A stretch of 64,000 nucleotides of DNA from Antedon mediterranea (taxonomy: Eukaryota; Animalia; Echinodermata). The DNA lies in contig NC_092674.1 in assembly GCF_964355755.1 (NCBI RefSeq), positions 2,356,001 through 2,420,000 on the forward strand, given 5' to 3'. How positions within the stretch are numbered: the first letter of the stretch is position 1; each line of letters opens with the position of its first letter. The position numbers and the translations under genes are program-made. Shown piece after piece: positions 26,269-54,391 of this stretch. The notes beneath the pieces were generated by a model, which was given only the letters and a program-made list of their open reading frames with translations, made no database searches and was not told the DNA's origin.

Positions 26269-27342
26269 TCATTCTTGAGGTGAAATGTGCTTTGATATAT
26301 CATACAGACTGATCAATTCTGATTGGTCAGCTACATAAACAATTGTCTTACCACCAACATCTGCTGATGTCATGTGATTTATCTTGCTGCCGTGCTCAAT
26401 CGCTGCCACCGGAGATTTTACAGAATCACTGACTGAATCCGGTACATTTTGATCTGATTTTCCTTCCCTCTCTTCTTTAACTCTTTTCTTTTTATGTTGT
26501 ACTTTTGTGTTTTGTTTGTTCCCTTCCCACAATAAAACCTTTCCATCATTTCCACCAGATATCACCATTTCTTTCATCCCAACCTGGAGTATTTTAACTT
26601 TAGACACACCTCTTGTGTGATTTTTAAGGTCAAAAAGTGGTTCAAACTTCCCTCTTCCAACCAACTTCACTACTTGCACCTTTCCATTTTCAAGACCACA
26701 TATAATCTTAGATCCGTCATTACTAACATCCATTGAATGAATGAGAGGAGGGTTCACCATATACATCCCAGAAGGTATTTCACCATCCTCTCCAGATGGG
26801 CACTCACGCATATCGAATGAGCTGAGGTTACGACCTTTCATAAAATCCCAGGAGTTGACAATGCAATCCAGACCTGCAGACAGGAGTTCGCAGCCTTTCG
26901 TTGGGTGAAACTTTACTGATGAACATATGTACTTATGGCGTTGCAGAGTCTTAAATAATCGCATCTCTCTCAAGTCCACCACCTTTATATCACCGGAGTC
27001 ATCGCAAGTTGCAATAAATGTCTCTTTGGAGTTAATGCTAACTTCATTAATTTCTTCGGAATTAAATTCTTTACAATTTTGAACATGGTTAAAATCGCGA
27101 ATATCCAATAAACAGAGTTTGTTTCCACTTGAGGTGTATATTATATTTGGGTCTGAAGGCGTGAAACAAATACTTGTGACATCATCGTCAAGCTTTAATT
27201 TTGATTTCACCTTTCCTTCGTCTGACCAAAGACAAATCTGATGATCCTCACCGCCAGATGATAATGTGTCGTTTTTATTGTGTTCAAGACAGATAATAGA
27301 ATCTGTGTGAACTCCTTCAGACCACTTGGTTAGTAAAGTCAT
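26269..27342 (-). CDS. WDR53: WD repeat-containing protein 53 (357 aa, single coding exon)
   Basis: MTLLTKWSEGVHTDSIICL...SGGED, EEINEVSIN..ATCDDSGDIKV, HKYICSSVKFHP, MVNPPLIHS, ISGGNDGKV, IEHGSKIN, VADQS motifs match WDR53; acceptor AG at 27360-27359 just upstream of the ATG. Confidence 0.88.
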   Translation of the reverse strand: MTLLTKWSEGVHTDSIICLEHNKNDTLSSGGEDHQICLWSDEGKVKSKLKLDDDVTSICFTPSDPNIIYTSSGNKLCLLDIRDFNHVQNCKEFNSEEINEVSINSKETFIATCDDSGDIKVVDLREMRLFKTLQRHKYICSSVKFHPTKGCELLSAGLDCIVNSWDFMKGRNLSSFDMRECPSGEDGEIPSGMYMVNPPLIHSMDVSNDGSKIICGLENGKVQVVKLVGRGKFEPLFDLKNHTRGVSKVKILQVGMKEMVISGGNDGKVLLWEGNKQNTKVQHKKKRVKEEREGKSDQNVPDSVSDSVKSPVAAIEHGSKINHMTSADVGGKTIVYVADQSELISLYDISKHISPQE

Positions 27343-27867
27343 TATAACATCTGCTAATCTATGGAAAAAAAATGATTTCTGATTTATATATATTATTTTA
27401 AAACACAATTACCGTACAATCCTTAAATCTTGTAATTTTAATTCTACTATGCAGTATAATGTACAGCCTTACACAACATGTATGATGCTGTTTATAAACT
27501 CCAAACCTCTAATGTTTATTTTGAATCATTATCAGGTGTGTTTAGATGCAAAAAAGTTTTGCAGAATTTGTATCTCAACCCTCACACCACCACCAGGGGT
27601 GTCACGAAAGCTCAGACCACGAAAGCTCAGACCCCCAAAGACCTAAGATCACGAAAGCTAAGACCCAACACCTAAGATTACAAATATTTATCTTTCGCAC
27701 CTGCCTTGTATTTTAACTCCCAACATTTATTCTGAATACCACACCTTAGAATTGGCACTTTCATGAAAAAGAATCACATAAAAAGTAACAAATACATTTT
27801 TAAATTGATGATTTTACAGACGTTTTTCTCGCACACAAAATGACTAGCCTACAGTACTACAGTAGGC

Positions 27868-28162
27868 CTACCCCATGTTCAATGTTTTTGTTTCTATGGA
27901 ACGTCAAAAGAGCAAAAATTATATAGAGGGCTGAAAACTCTGTGGAGTCCATCTACAGTGCGGATGGAACAATGTAAAATTAAAATTGTAATGATAATAG
28001 TATAATCATGCAAGTACGAAGAAATAAATACTGGCAAATAAATTTTAATTTAAAAATCATGATAAGTTTTTTTGTTTCGTTTTCTTTCTGTTTTTATGCT
28101 TGTACTATTATTGTTGCTCTTTTGGCGCTCCATGGAAACAAAAACATTGAGCATGGTGGGAG
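27868..28162. mobile_element. Inner MITE at the centre of the foldback element
   Basis: Inverted ends CCATGTTCAATGTTTTTGTTTCTATGGAACGTCAAAAGAGCAA / TTGCTCTTTTGGCGCTCCATGGAAACAAAAACATTGAGCATGG. Confidence 0.7.
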
Positions 28163-28248
28163 CTCGAGTATACATTACAGTATACAAAGAAACACATATG
28201 TAAAATCATCAATTTAAAGGATTTATTTATTTGTTATTATGTGTTTCT

Positions 28249-28804
28249 TACGAAAGCCTATTAGGGCCAACAAAAAAATAATATTGCTTTCACAAATTCG
28301 AAATAACGAATTATTAATTCGTTTTTTCGAATTATTAATTCGTTATTTCGAATTTATTTAAGTAATTTGAAATTTCGAATTAATAATTCGAAATTTCGAA
28401 TTATTAATTCGAAATTTCGAATTATTTATTTCGTTATTTCAAATTATTAATTCGAAATTTCGAATTATTAATTCGAAATTTCGGATTATTAATTCGAAAT
28501 TTCGAATTAGTAATTCGTTATTTCGAATTCATAATTCGAAATTTCGAATTAGTAATTCGAAATTTCGAATTACTAATTTGAAATTTCGAATTATTAATTC
28601 GAAATAACGAATTACTAATTCGAAATTTCGAATTATTAATTCGAAATAACGAATTACTAATTCGAAATTTCGAATTATTAATTCGAAATAACGAATTACT
28701 AATTCGAAATTTCGAATTACTAATTCGAAATTTCGAATTAGTAATTCGTTATTTCGAATTTGTGAAAGCAATATTTTTTTTGTTGGCCCTAATAGGCTTT
28801 CGTA
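28249..28804. mobile_element. IS3EU-like non-autonomous element with internal 21-bp satellite
   Basis: TIRs TACGAAAGCCTATTAGGGCCAACAAAAAA / TTGTTGGCCCTAATAGGCTTTCGTA, exact 6-bp TSD GTTTCT (28243-28248, 28805-28810), TAY...RTA termini; interior is AATTCGAAATTTCGAATTA(T/C)T arrays in opposing orientations. Confidence 0.75.
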
Positions 28805-30042
28805 GTTTCTCCTTCTGAAAGTACTTATAAGTCCTAATTTTAAAGTGTGGTGTTCAGGATAAAGTTAGTCAACAAATTTGGAGTCAAAATACAAGAAAGG
28901 CAGGTGCGTAAGAAAAACATCCTCTGAACCAACACAATGGAGTAAATATATACCAACAAACAACCCGTCAAGTTTGTTTGTTGTAAAGAAAAAATATACA
29001 TTTACTCAACGGGCGAAAATAATGTGAGTTTATCTATGTTTTGCGGTAGTATTAAATTATATTTATGGTAATAAATGAAACCTACTGTGTTTAAAATTAT
29101 GTATGGATTAACAAGTATTGTTTTTAATCTGTAGTATATCTTAGTATTTGTAAACTTAGGTGTTGGGTCTTAGCTTTCGTGATCTTAGGTCTTAGGGGGT
29201 CTGAGCTTTCGTGGTCTGAGCTTTCGTGACACCCCCACCACCAGAGTGCATGCAGAAAAGTAGAGAAAATAAAATCAATCAAGCGTGGACGGTCAATGTG
29301 CTATTCACGACCTGTCATGCGTATCGTAAAATAACTATCGGAACTATCGATTGGTTTGTTTTGAAGCTTTTCTGACTATTATCCAATCAGAACAGTGAAC
29401 AAAGATAAGGTTTTGAGGACTCAATCAACCGTATCATCATCTGTCTTTTCTCTCCATTGAGTTTCCACTGTCTGTGTGTTGCTGCTGTTCTTAGCAGCTG
29501 CTGGTAGGTACAAATCAAAATAGACAATTAATTACTTTAGTAGTTATGTTTAGACAGTAGCTAGTACACAATTTGAGTTGTTTATTTAAGTTTTGCTCCC
29601 GATCTACTCTACGTAACTCTAGGAATAGGCCTAGTTTAGGCCTACTAGAAGATAGATAGGCCTCTCTTACGCAGAAGTTTCTCACATGCCGTATGTTGTA
29701 GTACAGTATATCCTATTTTACTGTATGTGTAGAGATACTGCACTGTCATCCACCAACACACATATATGGGGGGGGGGGGGAGTGGAGGTGGGGTTGGGGA
29801 ACCATGAATGGTCGGTACAAAACTTGACAATTTTTGGAATAGAATATAAATAAAAAAATGTTTATTTCATTTCATTTTATAAAATATAATCTTTGTAACA
29901 TGATTCTCAATTTCTTATTTCAGACTTTCATATGAAACCTCCACCTTAAATTACCTGTCAGCTAATTAGTAGTGAGGTTTCTTTACTGCAAAAAATAAAC
30001 CCAATTTACATTTTTGTTTTATGTATACACCAAGCAACAAAG

Positions 30043-33000
30043 ATGCCGCAAGATTGGAGACCATTTGTGTTTGGAGGAATTGGCTCAGTCGCTGCAGAAT
30101 TCGGTGAGTAACATTTTAAAAACCGAAATTCTCTAATTTTTACCATCTACGCAAGTTATATATGCAATTGATAAATTGTGTTTTTTTCTTTTCAGGAACC
30201 TTTCCTATAGACTTGACAAAAACACGTCTGCAAGTGCAAGGACAAAAATCTGAAGCAAACTTTCGTGAGTTAAAATATCGAGGAATGTTTCACGCTCTTG
30301 TCCGCATTTCTAAAGAAGAAGGTGTCAAAGCGCTATATTCAGGGTAAGATTTACATCAACATTGGTCAACAGTCGAACCAATACTTTGAGACACCCAGGA
30401 GGGGCACTTCCCTTTGAACTGAATATTGTTTTGTTTCCAAAAATTTCAAGGAAATAGATTTCATTCTTTATATATTATTATTTATTTCTTTATTTTTATA
30501 CTGGGGAGCTTGTTCAGTAGAGTATCCCTCTTTACCTCTCTTTCTTCACCCTGTGTGTAATAGATGATAGATAAACAAACAACATTGAAAAATGAATTAT
30601 AATAATTATTAAATGGAATTATTTTGTATTTTCCTAGAATTCGTCCAGCTGTTTTACGGCAAGCCTCGTACGGAACAATTAAAATAGGATGCTATCACAC
30701 ATTCAAACGTTTACTAGTTGAGAGACCAGAAGATGAATCTTTAGCCATTAACGTGTTGTGTGGTATAGCTGCTGGTATTATATCATCATCAATAGCTAAC
30801 CCAACAGATGTTTTGAAGGTGAGGAGCAGCAGGATTATGTAGTGGATAAAGCTCTGTCTACACTATCAAACTAGTTTGACATAAAAAAGTGTGATGTGCC
30901 AAAATATGGTAGTGATATGCTCAAATATAGCAGTGATGTGACATCATGTCCATATATGGGCACATCACATTTTTTTGTCACATAAACTTTGATAATATAG
31001 ACAGAGCTTTAGAATGGTATAGTGTACATTAACATGTTTTTTTTTTGCCTTTTTATTTATTAATTTTTTTGCTTTTTATAGGTTAGAATGCAAGCACAGA
31101 GCCAAAGGTTTGCAAATGCTACCATGGTGACGTCATTTGTTAATATATACCAACAAGAAGGTACCCGTGGTCTTTGGAGGGTAAGAATTGTGGAAATATA
31201 ATTAATGTGTTGCCTTAGCCAAAACCATGCTCTTACATTTCTACAGGGAAAGATAATATGAGTGGTAATATAAATTTGATATTAATCATAGACTTAATAC
31301 TGTAATATTACATATTCTAAAGCCTTGTCTTCGCTATCAAACTTTATATCACAACAACATGTGCCCATATATGAACATGATGATATCATATCACTACCAT
31401 ATTTGGGCACATCACATCACCCTTTCTTTGTCAAACTAGTTTGATAGTGTAGACAGAACTTTATACATATTATCTGATTAATATTCCAGCAAATTTATCA
31501 AATACACAATACATTTTTGTTGTCATATTAACTAAACAAAATCTATTAAAAGTATTTGGATTGTTTTACTGCTTTCAGGGTGTTGGTCCAACTGCTCAGA
31601 GAGCAGCTGTGGTGGCGGGGGTTGAGTTACCAGCTTACGACTGGTCAAAAAAACTCATTATTAATCATACACAATTAGGTGATAGTATATCAAATCATTT
31701 TATGTAAGTATTCTGTATAATATTAATAATAAGATAAGATTTGTTAAACGAACATATCCACCAAAATGCTCAAGGTGCTTGTGAAAAACCAAATGAAAAC
31801 TAATCCATACACCTAAAAAACAAACAAATGAGCTAGACAAAAACCCACAAATTTCTGCTGTACAATGAAAAAATTGTGATTTTAGTAGTAAACTAATAAT
31901 ATTAATGCTTTTGTTTGTTATTATTACAGAGCAAGTTTATTTGCTGGGTTTGTAGGAGCGATAGCGTCAAATCCAATTGATGTTGTCAAAACACGAATGA
32001 TGAACCAGCAAAATTTAAGAAAAAGTGTGCAATTAAAACAAGGTCAAAAACAACAAATTTACAAAAATACAATTGACTGCTTTATAAAGGTAAATCATTA
32101 TATTGAATTGATTATATTAAGCTCTGTCTACACTATCAACTTTATGTGACAAAAAAATGTGAAGTGCCCATATATGTACATGATGATGTCATATGACTGC
32201 CATATTTGGGCATATCTGTTCTGAGGGTCCCTCAGAAGCAAATGCTGGATGGATCACCCTCATTAAATATGGTTAAAATAAAAAATAAAATAAATCACTA
32301 CCATATTTGGGCACATCACATTTTTTGTCAAACTAGTTTGATAGTGTAGACAGAGCTTTATATTATTGTATTATATTATGATTGAAATATTCTGCCTTTG
32401 CTGACATATTTATCTAAATACATTGTCACTTTATTACAGACTGCAAGATACGAAGGATTTTTAGCTTTATATAAGGGATTTATACCTACATGGGTACGCC
32501 TTGGGCCGTGGAACATCATTGTATCCTTTTACATTTATTTATATATAATATATTTTTATATATTTTATATGGCCTTACCGTGTTGAAACACTGGTTCTCG
32601 TCAGATTACCGAAGTTAAGCAACGTTGGGCCCGGTTAGAGCTTAGATAGGAGACCATCTGGAAATACCGATCTGGGGTGCTGTATATGGAGCTGGGGTTC
32701 CATTAGGCATTTGAAATCAGCACTGCTGGCAGCCCCTGCATCTAGTATCTGCCTCAAACGTATTGGCTTATGCCTCTCCTCCGGTTAAGGTGGGCGCTGG
32801 ACGAGAGAAGCCTTTGGTCAATGGTGGGACCAGCCGAAGGTGCTTTAAACAGTCCTGGCTTAGTCATCATTCAGATGAATGCAAGATTAATTGACATTGT
32901 CGTTTACGACAGAAGTCGGCCATATATATAAGTTTGCCTTTGGATTTATATAATATATCACTACTATATGAGTTGTTGGTTAGACTATTGTTCTGTACAT

Positions 33001-33281
33001 AGGTCCATTGCATTATATGATGGTGGGTTGCACCTTTATGTCTGAAACTTGATCGAGTAAAGGGTTGTTGTTCTTTCTAATCTTTCCCAGTAAACTTTAT
33101 CTACACTACCATCATAAAGCTATAACATTAAATTGTATAGCTTTAATGTGAAGCGTTTAGAAACGCTGTATAAGATTGACAACATATTAAATAATTTTGT
33201 TCAATAATTATTCTATAATCCTTAACTTAAATTAATTAGTTTTTTGTAACATTTGAACAACTGAAGAAACTTGGTATATAA
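30043..33281 (+). CDS. SLC25A30: Mitochondrial carrier KMCP1/BMCP1 (SLC25A30/SLC25A14, UCP5/6 family; ~298 aa); exons 30043-30103, 30196-30343, 30638-30818, 31082-31180, 31579-31703, 31930-32089, 32440-32520, 33240-33281
   Basis: [126 protein letters not shown]; three PxDxxKxR carrier motifs; likely co-ortholog of SLC25A14/30. Confidence 0.9.
30850..31008. mobile_element. Family A Harbinger-like MITE
   Basis: TAA|AGCTCTGTCTACACTATCAAACT ... TAGACAGAGCT|TTA. Confidence 0.85.
31321..31460. mobile_element. Family A Harbinger-like MITE
   Basis: Degenerate TIRs AGCCTTGTCTTCGCTATCAAACT / AGTTTGATAGTGTAGACAGAACT. Confidence 0.75.
32140..32357. mobile_element. Family A MITE with a ~75-bp internal insertion
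   Basis: TTA|TIR...TIR|TTA; unrelated segment CTGTTCTGAGGGTCCCTCAGAAG...AATAAAATAAA interrupts the core. Confidence 0.8.
32521..33239 (+). other. U12-type (minor spliceosome) GT-AG intron, last intron of SLC25A30
   Basis: 5'ss GTATCCTTT, branch site TCCTTAAC at 33219-33226 about 12 nt before the AG, no polypyrimidine tract; splicing restores PWNII|FFVTFEQL. Confidence 0.92.
32565..32941 (+). mobile_element. 5S rRNA-derived SINE (SINE3-type) or 5S pseudogene with attached body
   Basis: 32565-32687 GGCCTTACCGTGTTGAAACACTGGTTCTCGTCAGATTACCGAAGTTAAGCAACGTTGGGCCCGGTTAGAGCTTAGATAGGAGACCATCTGGAAATACCG...GTGCTGTA is a diverged 5S rRNA; no T-run terminator, followed by ~250 bp of GC-richer body. Confidence 0.8.
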
Positions 33282-35237
33282 GAAGTTTTATTCTGCAATT
33301 TTAACCTTGAGGAAGAACTTAGTGAGATAACAGAGATTATTTGTGTGTATAAGAAATAATGCAATTCATACCAGCAAATTTTTCTTCAATCAAAGCCAAG
33401 AAATATTATTTCTTTATAATATAAGACTACCATAGAATTAGATGCTAAATTAACAGGTTTTTAAGCTATAAATAGGATAGTTTTTTTAAAGTAATTTCTC
33501 TATAAATATGGTGCTTTTAATTCTGCTTATTTATGGTTATAACTAACCTAACAAATATTACCCTCCTCAAGTGCCTATGGTGAGCAGCACCCAGCTTTTT
33601 ATAAAAGTCCAGCATGACTTTTATTGAAATGCAACACATTTGGTGTATTTTGTTGTTTTTGTCTTTTTATACTAATCACTATCACATTAAAGCAGTGTTT
33701 TTTTGGTGTATCCAAAAATATTATATATTTTATCATCATTGTATTAAGTTATTATTGTTAGAATTTTAAAAACAGTTTTTAAATTTTTGTGTAAAGGTGT
33801 ACAATTTTTGTTTTTATTGAGTTGTAAAAAACAGTATATTTTGTGTTAAAATAAAACCTTTATTTTGTATATGTACCAATAAACATTATTACATTCAACA
33901 TATTTTTGTAATGTTTGATTAAAGTATGTTATTGATTTTAATGTATTTTATAGGTTTGACTAATCAGGGATTTTTAAAACATTCTTAATTTTACTAATAA
34001 TGTCAGATTATAATTTTTATATCCGTTTTATATCAAGTGTGGTTTATATCATTTTTCGTACTAAATTAAGTATTTTATTTTGATATGCAGTTAATTATAG
34101 TATAATATTATGGTTTGAGGCCAGTAGTATTTTAGGTAAAAAATACTGACAATTTAATAATTTATAATATATTCCATTTTTTACTTGAATTGTCTCAAAA
34201 ACTAGTAATCATGCAGATGTAGTTTTTGTTCTTTAGTTTAGTTTTCTTTGCACTTTGCAGTCATAAGTGTTGATTGACCGTGTTGGGCCACGAAAGTCCT
34301 AATCCCACAGACTGTAAATTAATTATTAAGTATGGTGAGTCTGTTTTAAAGACTTTAGTAATCATTTATTTTATGGTATGGTTAAAAATGGAAACAGTGT
34401 CATTTAATATAAATAAATTATTAACACTACTGTAGGTGCATTGTTTGACAGTACTGTACTAATAAACGACGGCATTTAAATAAATAAGAATGTATTTGTT
34501 GGTTTTTTGTTTTGTTTTCAATGTTTTACGAGGGTGGTCCATTCATCCAAAGCTTATCACAAAAATACAAGACAAAAACATGCAGAAATTAAAATAAAAT
34601 AAATAGAATATATAACGATTTAGATAATTTATTTCCTCTGTGATATTATGATAATTACTATTAGTTTTTTGTGATTTTCAAGAACTGTTGGATTAGAGTG
34701 TTCTTTTAAGTTACAGTACTTTGTTCATGGATAATATTACGGTAATGTTATTTTGTCCATGGTGGGCATGGTAAGTTTGTTAAATGGTGCGCCCTCGTTT
34801 TTTAATCATTTATTTTTTTCAGATACCTTGCAAAATAGTTCATGAAACCTGTCTAATTTTCTACCTATATAAATACAGCGACCTCTAGAGGCTGTCATTA
34901 GCGCAAATGAGCGCTATCGTTGTAACATTTTTCTAAAAAGTGAGAGAAAATAAATGGTAGAATACGTTTTTATCTACGGTTTGTAAGTGTAATTTTACAC
35001 TCATGTTATTCCACATCTTTTCATAAAAAAACTGATTCAGTTTTCGGCTGTTTCACGTTTTAATTCTTTGAAAATAATTGAATTTAGTGTGTGCCTACCA
35101 AACAAGCGAGTGCTTTCAGCTCTCAAGAAGTGTGGTAGAAAAGAAATTGCGTATGGTGTGGAAATTGCCGAAGTCAGCAATATAACGGTAGCGTATATAT
35201 TATCAGCAGATACAGAGTATAAAACAACACAGTAAAA

Positions 35238-52277
<17,040 letters not shown>

Positions 52278-54247
52278 AATATGCTCTGATACTTTGTACA
52301 TATTTTAGTAGTACAGTGGCAGGAACAGTTGTAAATCATGATTTTTTTTAAATCGTGATTTTTGTTAATTGAATGTAAATATTTAAGTATGGCGCAAGTT
52401 TTGTATTGTCCTGGTATTATATACATTATCTGTAACATAACAAAATGCTAAACATTAGTATTAAAAAATGTATGTAAGGGGAAAACTTACAAAGTTACAT
52501 AAACCATTGGAATAACTGTTTAATGAAATAAGAAGAAAATATTTTTGATATAATTTAAAATGATATTACCTGTGATAACCTATGTGTCGTCGTATAGTAC
52601 ATTGACATAGGCTGTTGCAGTTATTACATATGTTGTTTTGTCTGTGTTGTAGACATTATTTTGATATAGTTAATTTCCTATTCATTTAATGTATTGACAG
52701 AAAAGCATTGTTCTCGGAAAAAAAAAACTAAGAATGGCATAAAAAAGAATTATACGCTTTATAAAGGAAGCTGTGTTGGAGTTGAACAGTTGACACCATT
52801 ATGGGTGTAATCTATTTATAATGTCATGCACTTTAAAAGTTGAGATGTTGACACCATTAATTGTTTACAATAGCATTGAGGACAAAATGATAATAATAAT
52901 TAGTTAATTAAGGTTATTATTTGTTTAGAACACTATTGAATTAAAACTTATACTGTATTTGTAATAAATTTGAAAACTATTAATTTTTGTATGATTCAGT
53001 TATGTTTATTAGTGGCACGGTTTTGTAAACTAAGTTGTTTTTCACTTGCAAGTTTGATTATAAAGTTTAAAATAATTTGAATATAACCAGCATTTTTACT
53101 AAATGTTTCAGAAAAAAATGTAGTATTAGGGGTAAAAACATGATTGTTACGGTTGTTTAAAACGATACGTAATTAAATTGAGTCATAATTACGCCATCAC
53201 TGAATGAGAACATCAATTACGTTGATGAATTACTTACTGAGTATGTTTTATTAATGCATTTATCGTAGCCGGGCCATTGATGACGAGATTTCAAACTCAT
53301 TAACAGAGGTAGGGTTGGTTCCCATTGGTACAGAGAACTGAAAAATCACGTCACAACGCACTTACAGATTCTTTTATATCTGAAATCGACACAAGTTGGT
53401 GTTAATTTCCAAACACACAATGTACTTGTACATAATATTGAATAAAACAATTATAAAATAAAAGTGTTAATGGCTTAATTTCTTTTCTTAATTCGTACGT
53501 AAATTTGTAAACAAATACAATAATATGATAAATAAAATGTATAATTTGTTTATTGTAGGCCTATATTATAGTTACTTATAAGACCTATACAGTTGAATTC
53601 ATAGAAACCCAAATATGATATCCTGCAGAAATATAAATGCGGTTTTATGAAATATTTCAATAATGTTAAAGGCCTATTGTTTGTTTACTAAATATTATTT
53701 TTACCACCGCCTCCGCCGCAATGAAACTACATTTATTTGTAAATATTATAGGCCTACTGTTCGAAAACAAAACAGTGTAGTCATCATTGTTACCAGAATT
53801 GAATGTAATGGTTTCCTCTTTCCAATTTGTTAGTTCTATGCTATACTAAATGCCTCTATGGGCTTATAATAAATGTCGGTTTATTAGGGCTACAAACAAT
53901 GTCGGCCCTAGCCGATAACAAATGTCGGTCGGGCTAGGTCTATCATTAACAGCAGGCCACGCTGTAAAGAGGACTGTCCATCATTGAACTTCCGCGGGGT
54001 AAATCATGACAATTAATAGGAAAATTAGGTCTTTTTCACCATTCCAGTTTATATCATAACAAGTTATACAGTTACTCCAACGCCACCTCTCATCCTTCCT
54101 GGATGAGGAGCTGATGGCATATTTTGGAAGAAGAACTATATAATAATATTTATTTTTGAGACATTACGTAAAATTAATTTATTTAAAAATAATGCAATGA
54201 CACTATCAATTTCGCCCGTAAGTTTAGTACGAGGTTTATTTATCCAG

Positions 54248-54391
54248 ACTAAAATCACGTAGGCCCTATTCAGATCCTTGTTATCAGCAGTGACCCGATC
54301 TTTTCTTTTCGGTTTCAATTTACGAAAATACTAAAATCACGTAGACCCTATTCAGGTACTGCGCCACTGACCCGATCTTTTCGGTTTCAAT
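54248..54391. repeat. ~80-bp direct tandem duplication
   Basis: ACTAAAATCACGTAG(G/A)CCCTATTCAG...TGACCCGATCTTTTC..GGTTTCAAT occurs twice. Confidence 0.7.

Larger units (their letters stand above)
27597..29234. mobile_element. Foldback / Mutator-like DNA element with long TIRs and nested insertions
   Basis: ~90-bp near-perfect TIRs GGGTGTCACGAAAGCTCAGACC... built from CACGAAAGCT subrepeats; flanking direct repeat CCACCACCAG (27587-27596 and 29235-29244; 8-10 bp depending on end call); degenerate inverted homology continues inward. Confidence 0.8.

Noticed and set aside
28529-28771. Repetitive ORF (IRNFELV)n; likewise ORFs at 7063-7257 and 45717-46085
   Set aside because: Translations of minisatellites whose unit length is divisible by 3.
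32565-32687. Functional 5S rRNA gene
   Set aside because: Many substitutions and indels, no oligo-T terminator, single intronic copy.
53935-54140. Selenoprotein exon or SECIS element on the minus strand (ATGA...TGAT stem, GGA-TGA codons)
   Set aside because: No apical AA motif, weak helix, and no frame resembling a known selenoprotein.
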